This document shows, one piece after another, positions 55,350 through 64,000 of a stretch of DNA of 64,000 nucleotides. Within the stretch, counting starts at the first letter, position 1. Each line of letters starts with the position of its first letter. This DNA is from Actinomycetota bacterium (GTDB lineage: Bacteria; Actinomycetota; UBA4738). The translations under genes were made by a program, and so were the position numbers. Where the stretch lies: positions 993-64,992 of the forward strand of contig DAIUAM010000016.1 in NCBI GenBank assembly GCA_036847185.1, read 5' to 3'. Below the pieces are notes generated by a model. It saw only the letters and a list, made by a program, of their open reading frames with translations, did not search any database and was not told the DNA's origin.

Positions 55350-56615
55350 GTGAAGCAGCTCCTGTACGTCTGCCTCGACGGGCTGGGCGACGACCCGATC
55401 CCCGAGTTCGGCGGCATGACCCCGCTGGAGGCGGCGAGGACGCCGAACCTCGACCGGCTGGCCTCCGACGGACGGGAGGGCCTCGTCTACACGGTGGGGC
55501 GGGACATCGCGCCCGAGTCCGACATCGCCGTGTTCGCCATCCTCGGGTACGACCCTCGACAGGACCATCCCGGGCGCGGCGTCCTGGAGGCGCTGGGCTG
55601 CGGCATGGCGTTCGAGGACGGCGACCTGGCCCACCGGGTGAACTTCGCCACCCAGGAGGCGGGGGAGATCGTGGACCGTCGGGTGGGGCGCGACCTCCCG
55701 AGCGAGGACTCCCGGGGGCTGGCCGGGGAGGTGAACCGCGAGCTCACGCTCCCGGGGGCGACGTTCGAGCTGCGGGCGACCGTCGAGCACCGGGGGGCGC
55801 TGGTGATCCGGTCCCAGGCGGGGCACCTGTCGGCCAACGTGACGAACACCGACCCTGCATACGCGAAGGAGGGCTCGCTGGGGGTCGCCCTAGAGTCGTT
55901 CGAGAACCGGGTCGCCCAGTCGAAGCCCCTCGACGATTCCGACGCGGCTCACCGGGCCGCCGACCTGACGAACCTGTTCGTGGAGGATTCGGCTCGGATC
56001 CTGGAGGCGAGCGAGGTGAACGCCCGGCGGCGCGCCGAGGGCCGGCTGCCGGCCAACCTCATCCTGACCCGCGACGGAGGTGACCACGTCCCGCACCTCA
56101 CCCCGATCCAGGAGCGGTTCGGCCCTTCGTGGGGGTGCTTCGTGGAGATGCCGGTCGAACGAGGGATCGCCCTGGTGCTGGGGATGTCCCCGGTCGACGC
56201 CCCCACGGGGACGGATCGCAGCGCGCAATACGCCGCGTGGGCCGAGCTCGCCGCGGAGGCACTGGGGGGCTACGACGCGCTGTACATCCACATCAAGGGC
56301 CCGGACGTGCCGGCCCACGACGGCCGGGCCGTGGACAAGCGGGACGTGATCGAGGACATCGATGTGTCGTTCTTCGGCGAGCTCCTGCCCCGGATCTCGT
56401 CCCGCAAGGTCCTCCTGGCGGTCACCGCGGACCATTCGACGTCCTGCGTCCGCAAGGCGCACACAGCCGAACCCGTCCCGCTCCTGGTGAGCGGACCCGG
56501 CGTGCTCCCCGACGGTGCGGGATCGTTCGGCGAACGGGCCGCCCGCGAGGGCTCGCTGGGCGTGCTGGCCGGCGTCGACGTGCTCCCGCAACTGGTCGAG
56601 TTGCTGCGTTCATAA
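55350..56615 (+). CDS. apgM: cofactor-independent phosphoglycerate mutase, archaeal type (metalloenzyme superfamily)
   Basis: MKQLLYVCLDGLGD N-terminus, ...ADHS..., and a 2-domain ApgM-like layout. GTG start. Confidence 0.7.
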   Translation: MKQLLYVCLDGLGDDPIPEFGGMTPLEAARTPNLDRLASDGREGLVYTVGRDIAPESDIAVFAILGYDPRQDHPGRGVLEALGCGMAFEDGDLAHRVNFATQEAGEIVDRRVGRDLPSEDSRGLAGEVNRELTLPGATFELRATVEHRGALVIRSQAGHLSANVTNTDPAYAKEGSLGVALESFENRVAQSKPLDDSDAAHRAADLTNLFVEDSARILEASEVNARRRAEGRLPANLILTRDGGDHVPHLTPIQERFGPSWGCFVEMPVERGIALVLGMSPVDAPTGTDRSAQYAAWAELAAEALGGYDALYIHIKGPDVPAHDGRAVDKRDVIEDIDVSFFGELLPRISSRKVLLAVTADHSTSCVRKAHTAEPVPLLVSGPGVLPDGAGSFGERAAREGSLGVLAGVDVLPQLVELLRS

Positions 56616-56795
56616 GGCCGTCGGCAGTCAACGGGCCGAACGCACTGTGGACCGGTGTCCCGCGCCGCAATCCCCCCATCCGGGAATCCCCGTATATAGA
56701 GGTGACTTCCCATTTCCTTTGCGTGGGGAGCGGTATGCATATAGGCTTTCGCGGGCTGCCCGCGGGGGGCACCTGCGAGGAAGGGAGGGCAAAGT

Positions 56796-58580
56796 ATGAG
56801 GTTTCGTACCTTGGCACGTGCGGTTGCCGTGATCGCTGTCTTGGGGGTCGTGGCTGCCGCTTGTTCCAGCAAGACGCCTAGCAAGGGGTCGTCGGCGTCA
56901 CCGTCCAGTGGCGCAGCGTCGATCCCACAGGGTGGCAAGATCGTGTTGGGCGCCGAGCAGTATCCGGAGTGCCTCAACCCGGTCACCCAGTGCGCCTCGG
57001 CGTCGTGGCTGTACTGGTCGTCCACGATGTGGGTCATGCCCCGGGCCATGGTGTGGGGCCTGGACGGCAAGCCGGCGGCGTCGCCGTTGCTCGCCGAGAC
57101 CCCGACCCTGGACAACGGGGACCTCACCAGCAACCCGTTCGTGGTGAAGTTCAAGATCAACCCCAAGGCCGTGTGGGCGGACGGTACGCCGATCACCTGC
57201 GCGGACTTCGACTTCACCCGCAACGCGATCATCAACTCCAAGGGCACCTACAGCACGCTCGGGTACATCCCGATCGGCTCCGTGGGGTCTCCCGACTACG
57301 TCCCTGGGATCACCAGCATCGACTGCAGCACCCCGTCCGTCGCGGTCCAGGCCTACAGCGGCCCTTTCGCCGACTGGGCGGACAACTTCGGCGGTGGCAC
57401 CGGCTTCCTGCTGGAGAAGGCCGCGTTCCCGAACGAGGCGAACAGCACGAAGGTCGACCTGAGCAAGGAGATGCAGAACCTCATCCCCTTCTCCGGCGGA
57501 CCCTGGAAGATGACGGCCTGGAGCCAGCAGCAGACGGTGCTGGTGCCGAACGACAAGTACTGGGTCAAGCACGCCAACGGCAAGCCGACCTACTTCGACC
57601 AGGTCACGATCGTCCCCCGGACGGACGCGACCACCGAGGTCAACGACCTGCTGTCGGGGGCCATCGACGGGATCTTCCCGCAGCCCGACGTGTCCCAGGC
57701 CCAGCAGTTCAAGTCCAACCCGAACGTGAAGTTCCGTGGGGACCCGGGCAACTACTACGAAGCCCTGTGGTTCAACGTGTCCAAGCCTCCGTTCGACGAC
57801 AAGACGGTGCGCGAGGCGATGTACTGGGCGGTTGACCGCACGAAGGTCCTCCAGAACCTCATCACCCCGGTCGACCCCAGCCAGTCCCAGCCCCTGGGCT
57901 GTGGCATCTGGGCCTACCCGGGGACGTTCTACTGTGACAAGCAGCCGTTCGCACAGTTCCACTACGACGTCAACCAGGTCTCCCAGATCATGACGGCGGG
58001 TGGATACGCCAAGGACTCGAAGGGCTTCTGGGCCAAGGGTGGCAAGGAAGTCGCCTTCGAGTACGACACCACGACGAAGCCACGCCGCATCACCACCCAG
58101 GCCCTCCTGAAGGAAGGCCTGACCGCGGCCGGGTTCAACGTCACCACCAAGGCGCTCGACGCGACGCTGCTGTTCGAGACCAAGCTGCCTCACGGCGACT
58201 TCCAGCTCGCGGACTTCGCTGAAGGCGGCATCCCTGACCCGACGGTGACTGGGAACATGTCGTGCAGCTTCATCCCGACGGCCAAGAACGGGTATGCAGG
58301 GTCGAACGACTTCCACTGGTGCAACAAGCAGGCCAGCACGCTGATGGGCCAGAGCGACGGAACCGTCGACCCCACGGCGCGCCGCGCCCTGCTTGACCAG
58401 GTCTACGCACTGGAGGCGTCGGACTTCGCTCCCGGCATCCCGCTGTACGTCCTGCCGAACGTGACCGCGTGGCGGACCGACAAGCTCGCCGGCCCGGTCG
58501 GCATCTGGAACCCCACGGTCTACGGTGGGTGGTACAACGCGCAGGACTGGTACTGCGCGAAGGCTGGCGCTTGCGGCTAG
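56796..58580 (+). CDS. peptide ABC transporter substrate-binding lipoprotein (SBP family 5, OppA/DppA-like)
   Basis: Lipobox VVAAAC. ~590 aa family-5 SBP. Confidence 0.85.
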   Translation: MRFRTLARAVAVIAVLGVVAAACSSKTPSKGSSASPSSGAASIPQGGKIVLGAEQYPECLNPVTQCASASWLYWSSTMWVMPRAMVWGLDGKPAASPLLAETPTLDNGDLTSNPFVVKFKINPKAVWADGTPITCADFDFTRNAIINSKGTYSTLGYIPIGSVGSPDYVPGITSIDCSTPSVAVQAYSGPFADWADNFGGGTGFLLEKAAFPNEANSTKVDLSKEMQNLIPFSGGPWKMTAWSQQQTVLVPNDKYWVKHANGKPTYFDQVTIVPRTDATTEVNDLLSGAIDGIFPQPDVSQAQQFKSNPNVKFRGDPGNYYEALWFNVSKPPFDDKTVREAMYWAVDRTKVLQNLITPVDPSQSQPLGCGIWAYPGTFYCDKQPFAQFHYDVNQVSQIMTAGGYAKDSKGFWAKGGKEVAFEYDTTTKPRRITTQALLKEGLTAAGFNVTTKALDATLLFETKLPHGDFQLADFAEGGIPDPTVTGNMSCSFIPTAKNGYAGSNDFHWCNKQASTLMGQSDGTVDPTARRALLDQVYALEASDFAPGIPLYVLPNVTAWRTDKLAGPVGIWNPTVYGGWYNAQDWYCAKAGACG

Positions 58581-58695
58581 TCCGCGATCGCCTAGCCAGC
58601 AGGTAGGGATGGGGTCCGGCGGGAAACCGCCGGACCCCACCTGATCTATACTGAGGCCCGTTCCATCGGGAGCTGGACGGAGAGGGAGAGGGCGT

Positions 58696-59673
58696 ATGTT
58701 CCGGTACGTCGTCCGACGATTGCTGTACGCGATCCCCGTGCTCGTCATCGCGAGCGTCCTGGTGTTCGTGGTCATCTACAACACGCAGCATCCGCTCCAG
58801 GCCCTCTATCAGAATCCGCGAATCCGACCGGCCGACGTCAAGCGTCTGGCCCACCAGTTGGGCCTGGACAAGACGGGGTGGCAGCTCTACACCACCTGGT
58901 TGCTCCACTTCCTCCGAGGGGAGTGGGGGAGTTCGCTGATCACCCAGCGGCGGGTGGCCCCGGACATCGTCCAGGCGCTGGCGAACTCGGTGGTGCTGGG
59001 GTTGGTGGGGACCGCCATCGCCCTGATCTTCGGTGTGGCGATCGGCGTGTACTCGGCCCTGCACCAGTACTCCACGTTCGACCACATCTCGACGACCGGC
59101 GCATTCGTCGCCCTGTCGATCCCGAACTTCTGGTTCGCCGTCCTGCTGCAGATCTTCTTCGGGTTATACCTGACCCGGTGGTTCCACCTGTCGCATCCGT
59201 TCCTGCCCGTGGCCGGCATCAACACCCCCGGGACCTTCGGGTTCCATCTCTGGGACCGGATCACGCATCTCATCTTGCCCTCGCTCGTGCTGGCCGTGCA
59301 GATCCTGGCGGTGTACAGCCGGTACATGCGGGCCAGCATGCTCGACGTGTTGCACAGCGACTACCTGCGGACGGCTCGGGCGAAGGGATTGCGCGAGCGC
59401 CGGGTGATCTTCCGGCACGCCATGCGGAACGCCCTGGTTCCGGTGACCACCCAGCTGGCCATCGACATCGGGCTCATCGCCAGCGGGCTGATCATCACTG
59501 AGCAGGTCTTCCAGTATCCGGGGATGGGGTTTTACTTCATCCAGGCCATGCAGCGTGGGGACTACCCGGAGATCCTGCCGTGGCTGATGATCGTGGTGGC
59601 CGGTGTCATCCTCTTCAACCTGATCGCGGACATCATGTACGCGGTCCTGGACCCAAGGATCCGATATGCCTGA
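58696..59673 (+). CDS. peptide ABC transporter permease (OppB/DppB-like)
   Basis: BPD_transp_1 with the N-terminal OppB helix. Confidence 0.88.
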   Translation: MFRYVVRRLLYAIPVLVIASVLVFVVIYNTQHPLQALYQNPRIRPADVKRLAHQLGLDKTGWQLYTTWLLHFLRGEWGSSLITQRRVAPDIVQALANSVVLGLVGTAIALIFGVAIGVYSALHQYSTFDHISTTGAFVALSIPNFWFAVLLQIFFGLYLTRWFHLSHPFLPVAGINTPGTFGFHLWDRITHLILPSLVLAVQILAVYSRYMRASMLDVLHSDYLRTARAKGLRERRVIFRHAMRNALVPVTTQLAIDIGLIASGLIITEQVFQYPGMGFYFIQAMQRGDYPEILPWLMIVVAGVILFNLIADIMYAVLDPRIRYA

Positions 59674-60640
59674 TCCGAAGGAAGGCACGACCACAACGTT
59701 CGCCGCCGGTGGTTCGGTCGGCGAGGCCGTGATCGGTGGAGCGATCCAGGTGGGTGCGGCCGACCGGGCGCTCAGCACCCGGGAACTGGCCTGGCGCCGG
59801 TTCAAGCGCCACCACCTGGCCATGGCCAGCTCGATCCTGCTCGTCCTGGTCGCGCTCGCGGCCGTCCTGGTCCCGCTGTTCTACAAGTTCAACTATCACC
59901 AGACGTTCACGGCCGGAGCCCTCGTCGCGCCGTTCCCACACAGCGGACCGAGCCTGAAGCACCTGTTCGGGGTCGACGAGATCGGCCGGGACTATTTCAT
60001 CCGGGTGATCTACGGAGGTCGGATCTCGCTCATGGTCGGGTTCTCCGTGGCGATCTCTGCCGGCGTGATCGGCGCGCTGGTCGGTTCGCTTGCCGGGTAC
60101 TACGGCGGCTGGATCGATAACTCGCTCATGCGGGTGACCGACCTGTTCCTGGCCATGCCGTTCCTGGTCATCTTGATCGTGGCCTCCACGGTGCTGCACG
60201 GCAGCGTGTTCGACATCGTGCTGATCCTCTCGCTGTTCTTCTGGATGCCGGACGCCCGCATCGTCCGAGGGCTGTTCCTCTCGCTGAAGGAGAAGGAGTT
60301 CGTCGAAGCCGCGAAGTCCTCAGGCGCCACGAACAAGCGGATCATCTTCAACCACATCCTCCCCAACACGCTGGGCCCGATCACGGTCAACGTGACCCTC
60401 GGCGTGGCGGCGGCGATCCTGACGGAGTCGGCGCTCTCCTTCCTGGGGTTCGGCGTCCAGCCGCCGGTTCCGACGTGGGGGAACCTGCTGAACGAAGCCC
60501 AGCCCATGACCCAGGTCTCGCCGTACCTGACCTGGTTCCCGGGCCTGTTCATCCTGCTCACCGTCCTCTGCGTGAACTTCCTGGGGGACGGGCTCCGAGA
60601 CGCTCTGGACCCGCACCAGAAGATCGGGGTGGCGGTGTGA
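59666..60640 (+). CDS. peptide ABC transporter permease (OppC/DppC-like)
   Basis: OppC N-terminal domain plus BPD_transp_1. Paralogue of the orphan permease at 39371..40324. Confidence 0.88.
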   Translation: MPDPKEGTTTTFAAGGSVGEAVIGGAIQVGAADRALSTRELAWRRFKRHHLAMASSILLVLVALAAVLVPLFYKFNYHQTFTAGALVAPFPHSGPSLKHLFGVDEIGRDYFIRVIYGGRISLMVGFSVAISAGVIGALVGSLAGYYGGWIDNSLMRVTDLFLAMPFLVILIVASTVLHGSVFDIVLILSLFFWMPDARIVRGLFLSLKEKEFVEAAKSSGATNKRIIFNHILPNTLGPITVNVTLGVAAAILTESALSFLGFGVQPPVPTWGNLLNEAQPMTQVSPYLTWFPGLFILLTVLCVNFLGDGLRDALDPHQKIGVAV

Positions 60641-60745
60641 GGTTGCTCCGGACGCCCCTCCCTTCGGGCTTCCGTTGGGAGGGGCGGCGGGAGTACAGTA
60701 CGCGCACGTCCGGGACGAAGGCCGCATTCGGGGGAGAGATGTCCG

Positions 60746-61759
60746 TTGGCTGAGCCGCTGCTCGAGGTGAAGGACCTGAAGGTCCATTTCCCCACGGACG
60801 ACGGCCTCGTGAAGGCCGTCGACGGCGTTTCGTTCACCCTCTCGCCTGGCGAGACGCTCGGAGTGGTGGGGGAGTCGGGCTCCGGCAAGAGCGTCACCTG
60901 GATGACCGTGATGGGCCTGGTGACGAAGAAGGAGGCCCGCATCTCGGGGCAGGTACTGTTCCGGGGCCAGGACCTCCTCCAGCTCCCCGAGGACGAGATG
61001 CGCCACATCCGCGGGGAGAAGATCAGCATGATCTTCCAGGACCCACTGACCGCGCTGAACCCCGTCCACCGGGTGGGGAATCAGATCGCCGAGGTCTTTC
61101 AGGTCCACCGCGGCACGTCGAAGAAGGAGGCGATCGAAGAGTCGGTCAACCTCCTTCAACTGGTGGGGATCCCGCAGCCGAAGCAGCGGGCCCGCCAGTA
61201 CCCGCACGAGTTCTCCGGCGGGATGCGGCAGCGCGCCATGATCGCCATGGCCCTCGCGTTGAACCCGGACCTGCTGATCGCCGACGAGCCGACCACCGCG
61301 CTCGACGTCACGGTCCAGGCCCAGATCCTGGACCTCATCGACAAGCTGAAGGACGAATTCGACGCCGCCGTGGCCCTCATCACGCACGACCTCGGCGTCG
61401 TGGCCGAGCACTGCGACGACATCATGGTCATGTACGCAGGCCGGTGCGTCGAATACGGCGAGGCCCGCGACATCTACTACAGCGCCCACATGCCGTACAC
61501 GTGGGGGCTCCTGAGCTCGATCGCCCGGATGGACCAGGACCGGAAGGAACGCCTGAAGCCGATCAGCGGCCAGCCCCCCTCCCTGATCAACGTACCGGAG
61601 GGGTGTCCGTTCAACCCGCGGTGCCCCTACGTCATGGACATCTGTCGCCGGGAGCGTCCCGAGCTCCTGCCGAGCAACGGTCACCACGCCTCGGCGTGCC
61701 ACCTGCCGCTGTCCGAGAAGGAACGGATACTCAAGGAGGAGGTGTTGGTCCACTCGTGA
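60746..61759 (+). CDS. peptide ABC transporter ATP-binding protein (OppD-like)
   Basis: GESGSGKS, and a C-terminal oligopeptide_ABC Cys cluster ([14 protein letters not shown]). Confidence 0.9.
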   Translation: MAEPLLEVKDLKVHFPTDDGLVKAVDGVSFTLSPGETLGVVGESGSGKSVTWMTVMGLVTKKEARISGQVLFRGQDLLQLPEDEMRHIRGEKISMIFQDPLTALNPVHRVGNQIAEVFQVHRGTSKKEAIEESVNLLQLVGIPQPKQRARQYPHEFSGGMRQRAMIAMALALNPDLLIADEPTTALDVTVQAQILDLIDKLKDEFDAAVALITHDLGVVAEHCDDIMVMYAGRCVEYGEARDIYYSAHMPYTWGLLSSIARMDQDRKERLKPISGQPPSLINVPEGCPFNPRCPYVMDICRRERPELLPSNGHHASACHLPLSEKERILKEEVLVHS

Positions 61760-62889
61760 GCGTTCAGGTGACCGAACGGACCCCGTCCGAGGCGCAGACC
61801 GACCGCACGCCGCTTGTTCGGCTGGAGGGCGTGAAGAAGCACTTCCCGCTGACCCGAGGGATCGTGTTCCAGAAGAAGATCGGCGCCGTCCACGCGGTGG
61901 ACGGAGTGGACCTGGAGGTCTACCAGGGGGAAACCGTCGGCTTGGTGGGAGAGACCGGCTGCGGCAAGTCCACCCTGGCTCGCGTGATCATGCGCCTGCA
62001 GGACTCCACCGAGGGCAAGATCTTCTTCGAGGGCCGGGACATCACACGGCTGAAGGGGCGGGCGCTGCGCGAGGTCCGTCGCGACATGCAGATGATCTTT
62101 CAGGACCCATACGCCTCGCTGAACCCCCGGAAGACGGTCGGGACGATCATCGGCGAGCCGTTCCGTCTCCACGGGACGGTGCCTCGGAACCGGATCAAGC
62201 AAGAGGTCAAGGAGCTGATGGCGCTGGTCGGGCTCAACCCGGAGCACTACAACCGGTACCCCCACGCGTTCTCCGGCGGGCAGCGGCAGCGGATCGGGTT
62301 CGCCCGAGCCCTGGCCCTTCGACCCAAGCTGATCGTGGCCGACGAACCGGTCTCCGCCCTCGACGTGTCCATCCAGGCGCAGATCCTCAACCTCCTCGAG
62401 GACCTGCAGGACGAATTCAACCTGACCTACCTGTTCATCGCGCATGACCTGTCCGTCGTGAAGCACGTGTCGGACCGGGTGGCCGTGATGTACCTGGGGA
62501 AGATCGTGGAGCTGGCCCCGGGGGACGAGCTCTACAAGAACCCCAAGCACCCCTACACCGGGGCGCTGCTGTCCGCCGTGCCGATCGCCGACCCGGACAT
62601 CGCCGCCCAGAAGAAGCGGATCATCCTCGAAGGCGACGTGCCCTCGCCGATCAACCCTCCGTCCGGCTGCCGGTTCCACCCCCGGTGCCCCCGGGCCCAG
62701 TTCCCCAAGTGCAAGGAGGACGTACCGGAGCTGAGGCCGTTCCACGAGGGGCAGATCGCTGCCTGCCATTTCCCCCTGGAGGACCGGGCCGTGCTGGACC
62801 TGGACGACACGCCCGCCCCGGAGGACGCGGCGCACGAGACTGCTGCGCCGGAGAACGCCGGACCCTCGGACGCCGCAACGGGCGCCTGA
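61756..62889 (+). CDS. peptide ABC transporter ATP-binding protein (OppF-like)
   Basis: GETGCGKST and C-terminal [18 protein letters not shown] start overlapping the oppD stop. Confidence 0.9.
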   Translation: MSVQVTERTPSEAQTDRTPLVRLEGVKKHFPLTRGIVFQKKIGAVHAVDGVDLEVYQGETVGLVGETGCGKSTLARVIMRLQDSTEGKIFFEGRDITRLKGRALREVRRDMQMIFQDPYASLNPRKTVGTIIGEPFRLHGTVPRNRIKQEVKELMALVGLNPEHYNRYPHAFSGGQRQRIGFARALALRPKLIVADEPVSALDVSIQAQILNLLEDLQDEFNLTYLFIAHDLSVVKHVSDRVAVMYLGKIVELAPGDELYKNPKHPYTGALLSAVPIADPDIAAQKKRIILEGDVPSPINPPSGCRFHPRCPRAQFPKCKEDVPELRPFHEGQIAACHFPLEDRAVLDLDDTPAPEDAAHETAAPENAGPSDAATGA

Positions 62890-62933
62890 GGACTTCTGAC
62901 CGCGCAGGCGTCGAGAGTTCGAGCCGGTAGAAT

Positions 62934-63164
62934 GTGCCCATGCTGATCGCGTTCCTGATCGTCGTCCAGCTCCTGGCGGCTTCGTTCCTCATCGTGTTCA
63001 TCCTGCTGCACTCCGGGAAGGGCTCCGGGCTGTCGGATATGTTCGGGGGGGGTTCGAGCATGTCGGGTGGGACCACGATGGAGAAGACGCTCGACCGCCT
63101 CACGATCATCACGGCGATCCTGTTCGGCATCACCACGTTCGTCCTGGCGTGGAAGTGGAAGTAG
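62934..63164 (+). CDS. secG: preprotein translocase subunit SecG
   Basis: 76 aa with two TM helices and the central GGGS-rich loop (LHSGKGSGLSDMFGGGS). Confidence 0.9.
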   Translation: MPMLIAFLIVVQLLAASFLIVFILLHSGKGSGLSDMFGGGSSMSGGTTMEKTLDRLTIITAILFGITTFVLAWKWK

Positions 63165-63213
63165 CCGGCGCTCCCCGGCCGGACCTCACCGCTAGAATCT
63201 CTCTCGCATCGCC

Positions 63214-63300
63214 GTCGGAGTGGCGGAACTAGGTAGACGCGCTAGGTTGAGGGCCTAGTGGGCTTCATCGCCCGTGGGGGTTCAAATCCCCCCTCCGACA
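63214..63300 (+). tRNA. tRNA-Leu (anticodon GAG), class II
   Basis: GTCGGAG acceptor. D-stem GCG/CGC. Anticodon loop TTGAGGG. Long variable arm. T-arm GGGGGTTCAAATCCCCC. CTCCGAC-A-CC. Confidence 0.8.
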
Positions 63301-63387
63301 CCGCCTCTGAGCAGCGGAAACGCGAAGGGCCCGGAACGGTCCGCCACCGTCCGGGCCTTCGTCATTCCCCCAGGATTCCCCCGTGCG

Positions 63388-64000
63388 CTACTCGGCGGCT
63401 CCTTCGAACAGCGCGCCCAACCGCTCAGCCGCCTCGGCCGCGACCTCGTCACCGTCGTGCAGGTAGATGTCCGCCGTGGTGGCGATGGTGGCGTGCCCGA
63501 GCTGGCGGCTCACAACGTCCAGCCGCGTCCCCGATCGGAGCGAAAGCTCGGCGTAGGTGTGCCGGGCTCCGTGCAGCCCTATCGGCCTGACTTCGGCCTT
63601 CGCAACCAGCCGCTTCCAACGCGCCAGCAGGGTGTCCGGGTGGACGACCGCCCCGTCCGGCTCGGTGACCATCCACGGTGCATCGAGTCCCAATCCGCCA
63701 CTCGTCTTCCACGCCGGCCCGAAGGCCAGCCGTTCGGTGGACTGGCGAGCCTTCCACGCTCCGAGCGCTGCGGCTGTCGCTGCATCGAACCGGACCCGGC
63801 GCGTCCGGCGGGACTTCGTGGTGCCTCGCACGTACAGCCGCGGTGTCCGGCTGACTGGACGAGGGCGGACGAGGACCTGGCGAGCCACGGTGATGGCCGC
63901 GCCGTCGAGGTCGGTCCACCGCATCCCTAACAGCTCGCCTCGGCGTACTCCGGTCGCTAGCGCCAGTCGCCACACACCCGCCAGCCGGTCCTCGGCCGCG
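63388..64000 (-). CDS. tyrosine recombinase/integrase, C-terminal catalytic domain (gene continues beyond window end)
   Basis: Box I (TGVRRGELLGMRWTDL), HGARHTYAEL, and LGHATIATTADIYLH containing the catalytic Tyr. Stop lies 88 bp from the tRNA-Leu(GAG) 3' end. Confidence 0.8.
   Translation of the reverse strand, partial: AAEDRLAGVWRLALATGVRRGELLGMRWTDLDGAAITVARQVLVRPRPVSRTPRLYVRGTTKSRRTRRVRFDAATAAALGAWKARQSTERLAFGPAWKTSGGLGLDAPWMVTEPDGAVVHPDTLLARWKRLVAKAEVRPIGLHGARHTYAELSLRSGTRLDVVSRQLGHATIATTADIYLHDGDEVAAEAAERLGALFEGAAE

Overview
This is a ~70% GC chromosomal window with a housekeeping backbone typical of Actinobacteria. The gene order is: dnaE (3' part), a hisA/priA-like isomerase with the trp-region membrane protein and trpC-trpB-trpA, a branched-chain amino-acid ABC transporter (liv-like), polA-rpsA-coaE, uvrB, uvrA, uvrC-rapZ, gap-pgk-tpiA plus an archaeal-type iPGM, an oligopeptide ABC transporter, and secG followed by tRNA-Leu(GAG). 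Several accessory modules sit in this backbone. (1) A copper nitrite reductase module lies between uvrA and uvrC. It consists of a lipoprotein with a 7-bladed-propeller-like domain and a C-terminal cupredoxin, a divergent NsrR/IscR-like Rrf2 regulator, and a NirK carrying a Met-rich linker and an extra C-terminal cupredoxin. A perfect 8-bp inverted repeat sits in the divergent promoter region. (2) A lower-GC island lies next to tRNA-Leu(CAA). It carries a secreted tandem-domain protein, an IS1595-family transposase, a membrane protein and a truncated, frameshifted integrase. (3) A second integrase starts at the window edge next to tRNA-Leu(GAG). (4) Other accessory features are an rsbV-rsbW-hydrolase operon, a Bpa-like proteasome-activator homologue with a non-canonical C-terminus, an orphan oppC paralogue, a CGNR zinc-finger protein, and two paralogous polar amino-acid ABC transporters. 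All calls come from reading the translated ORFs and the DNA; no database searches were run.
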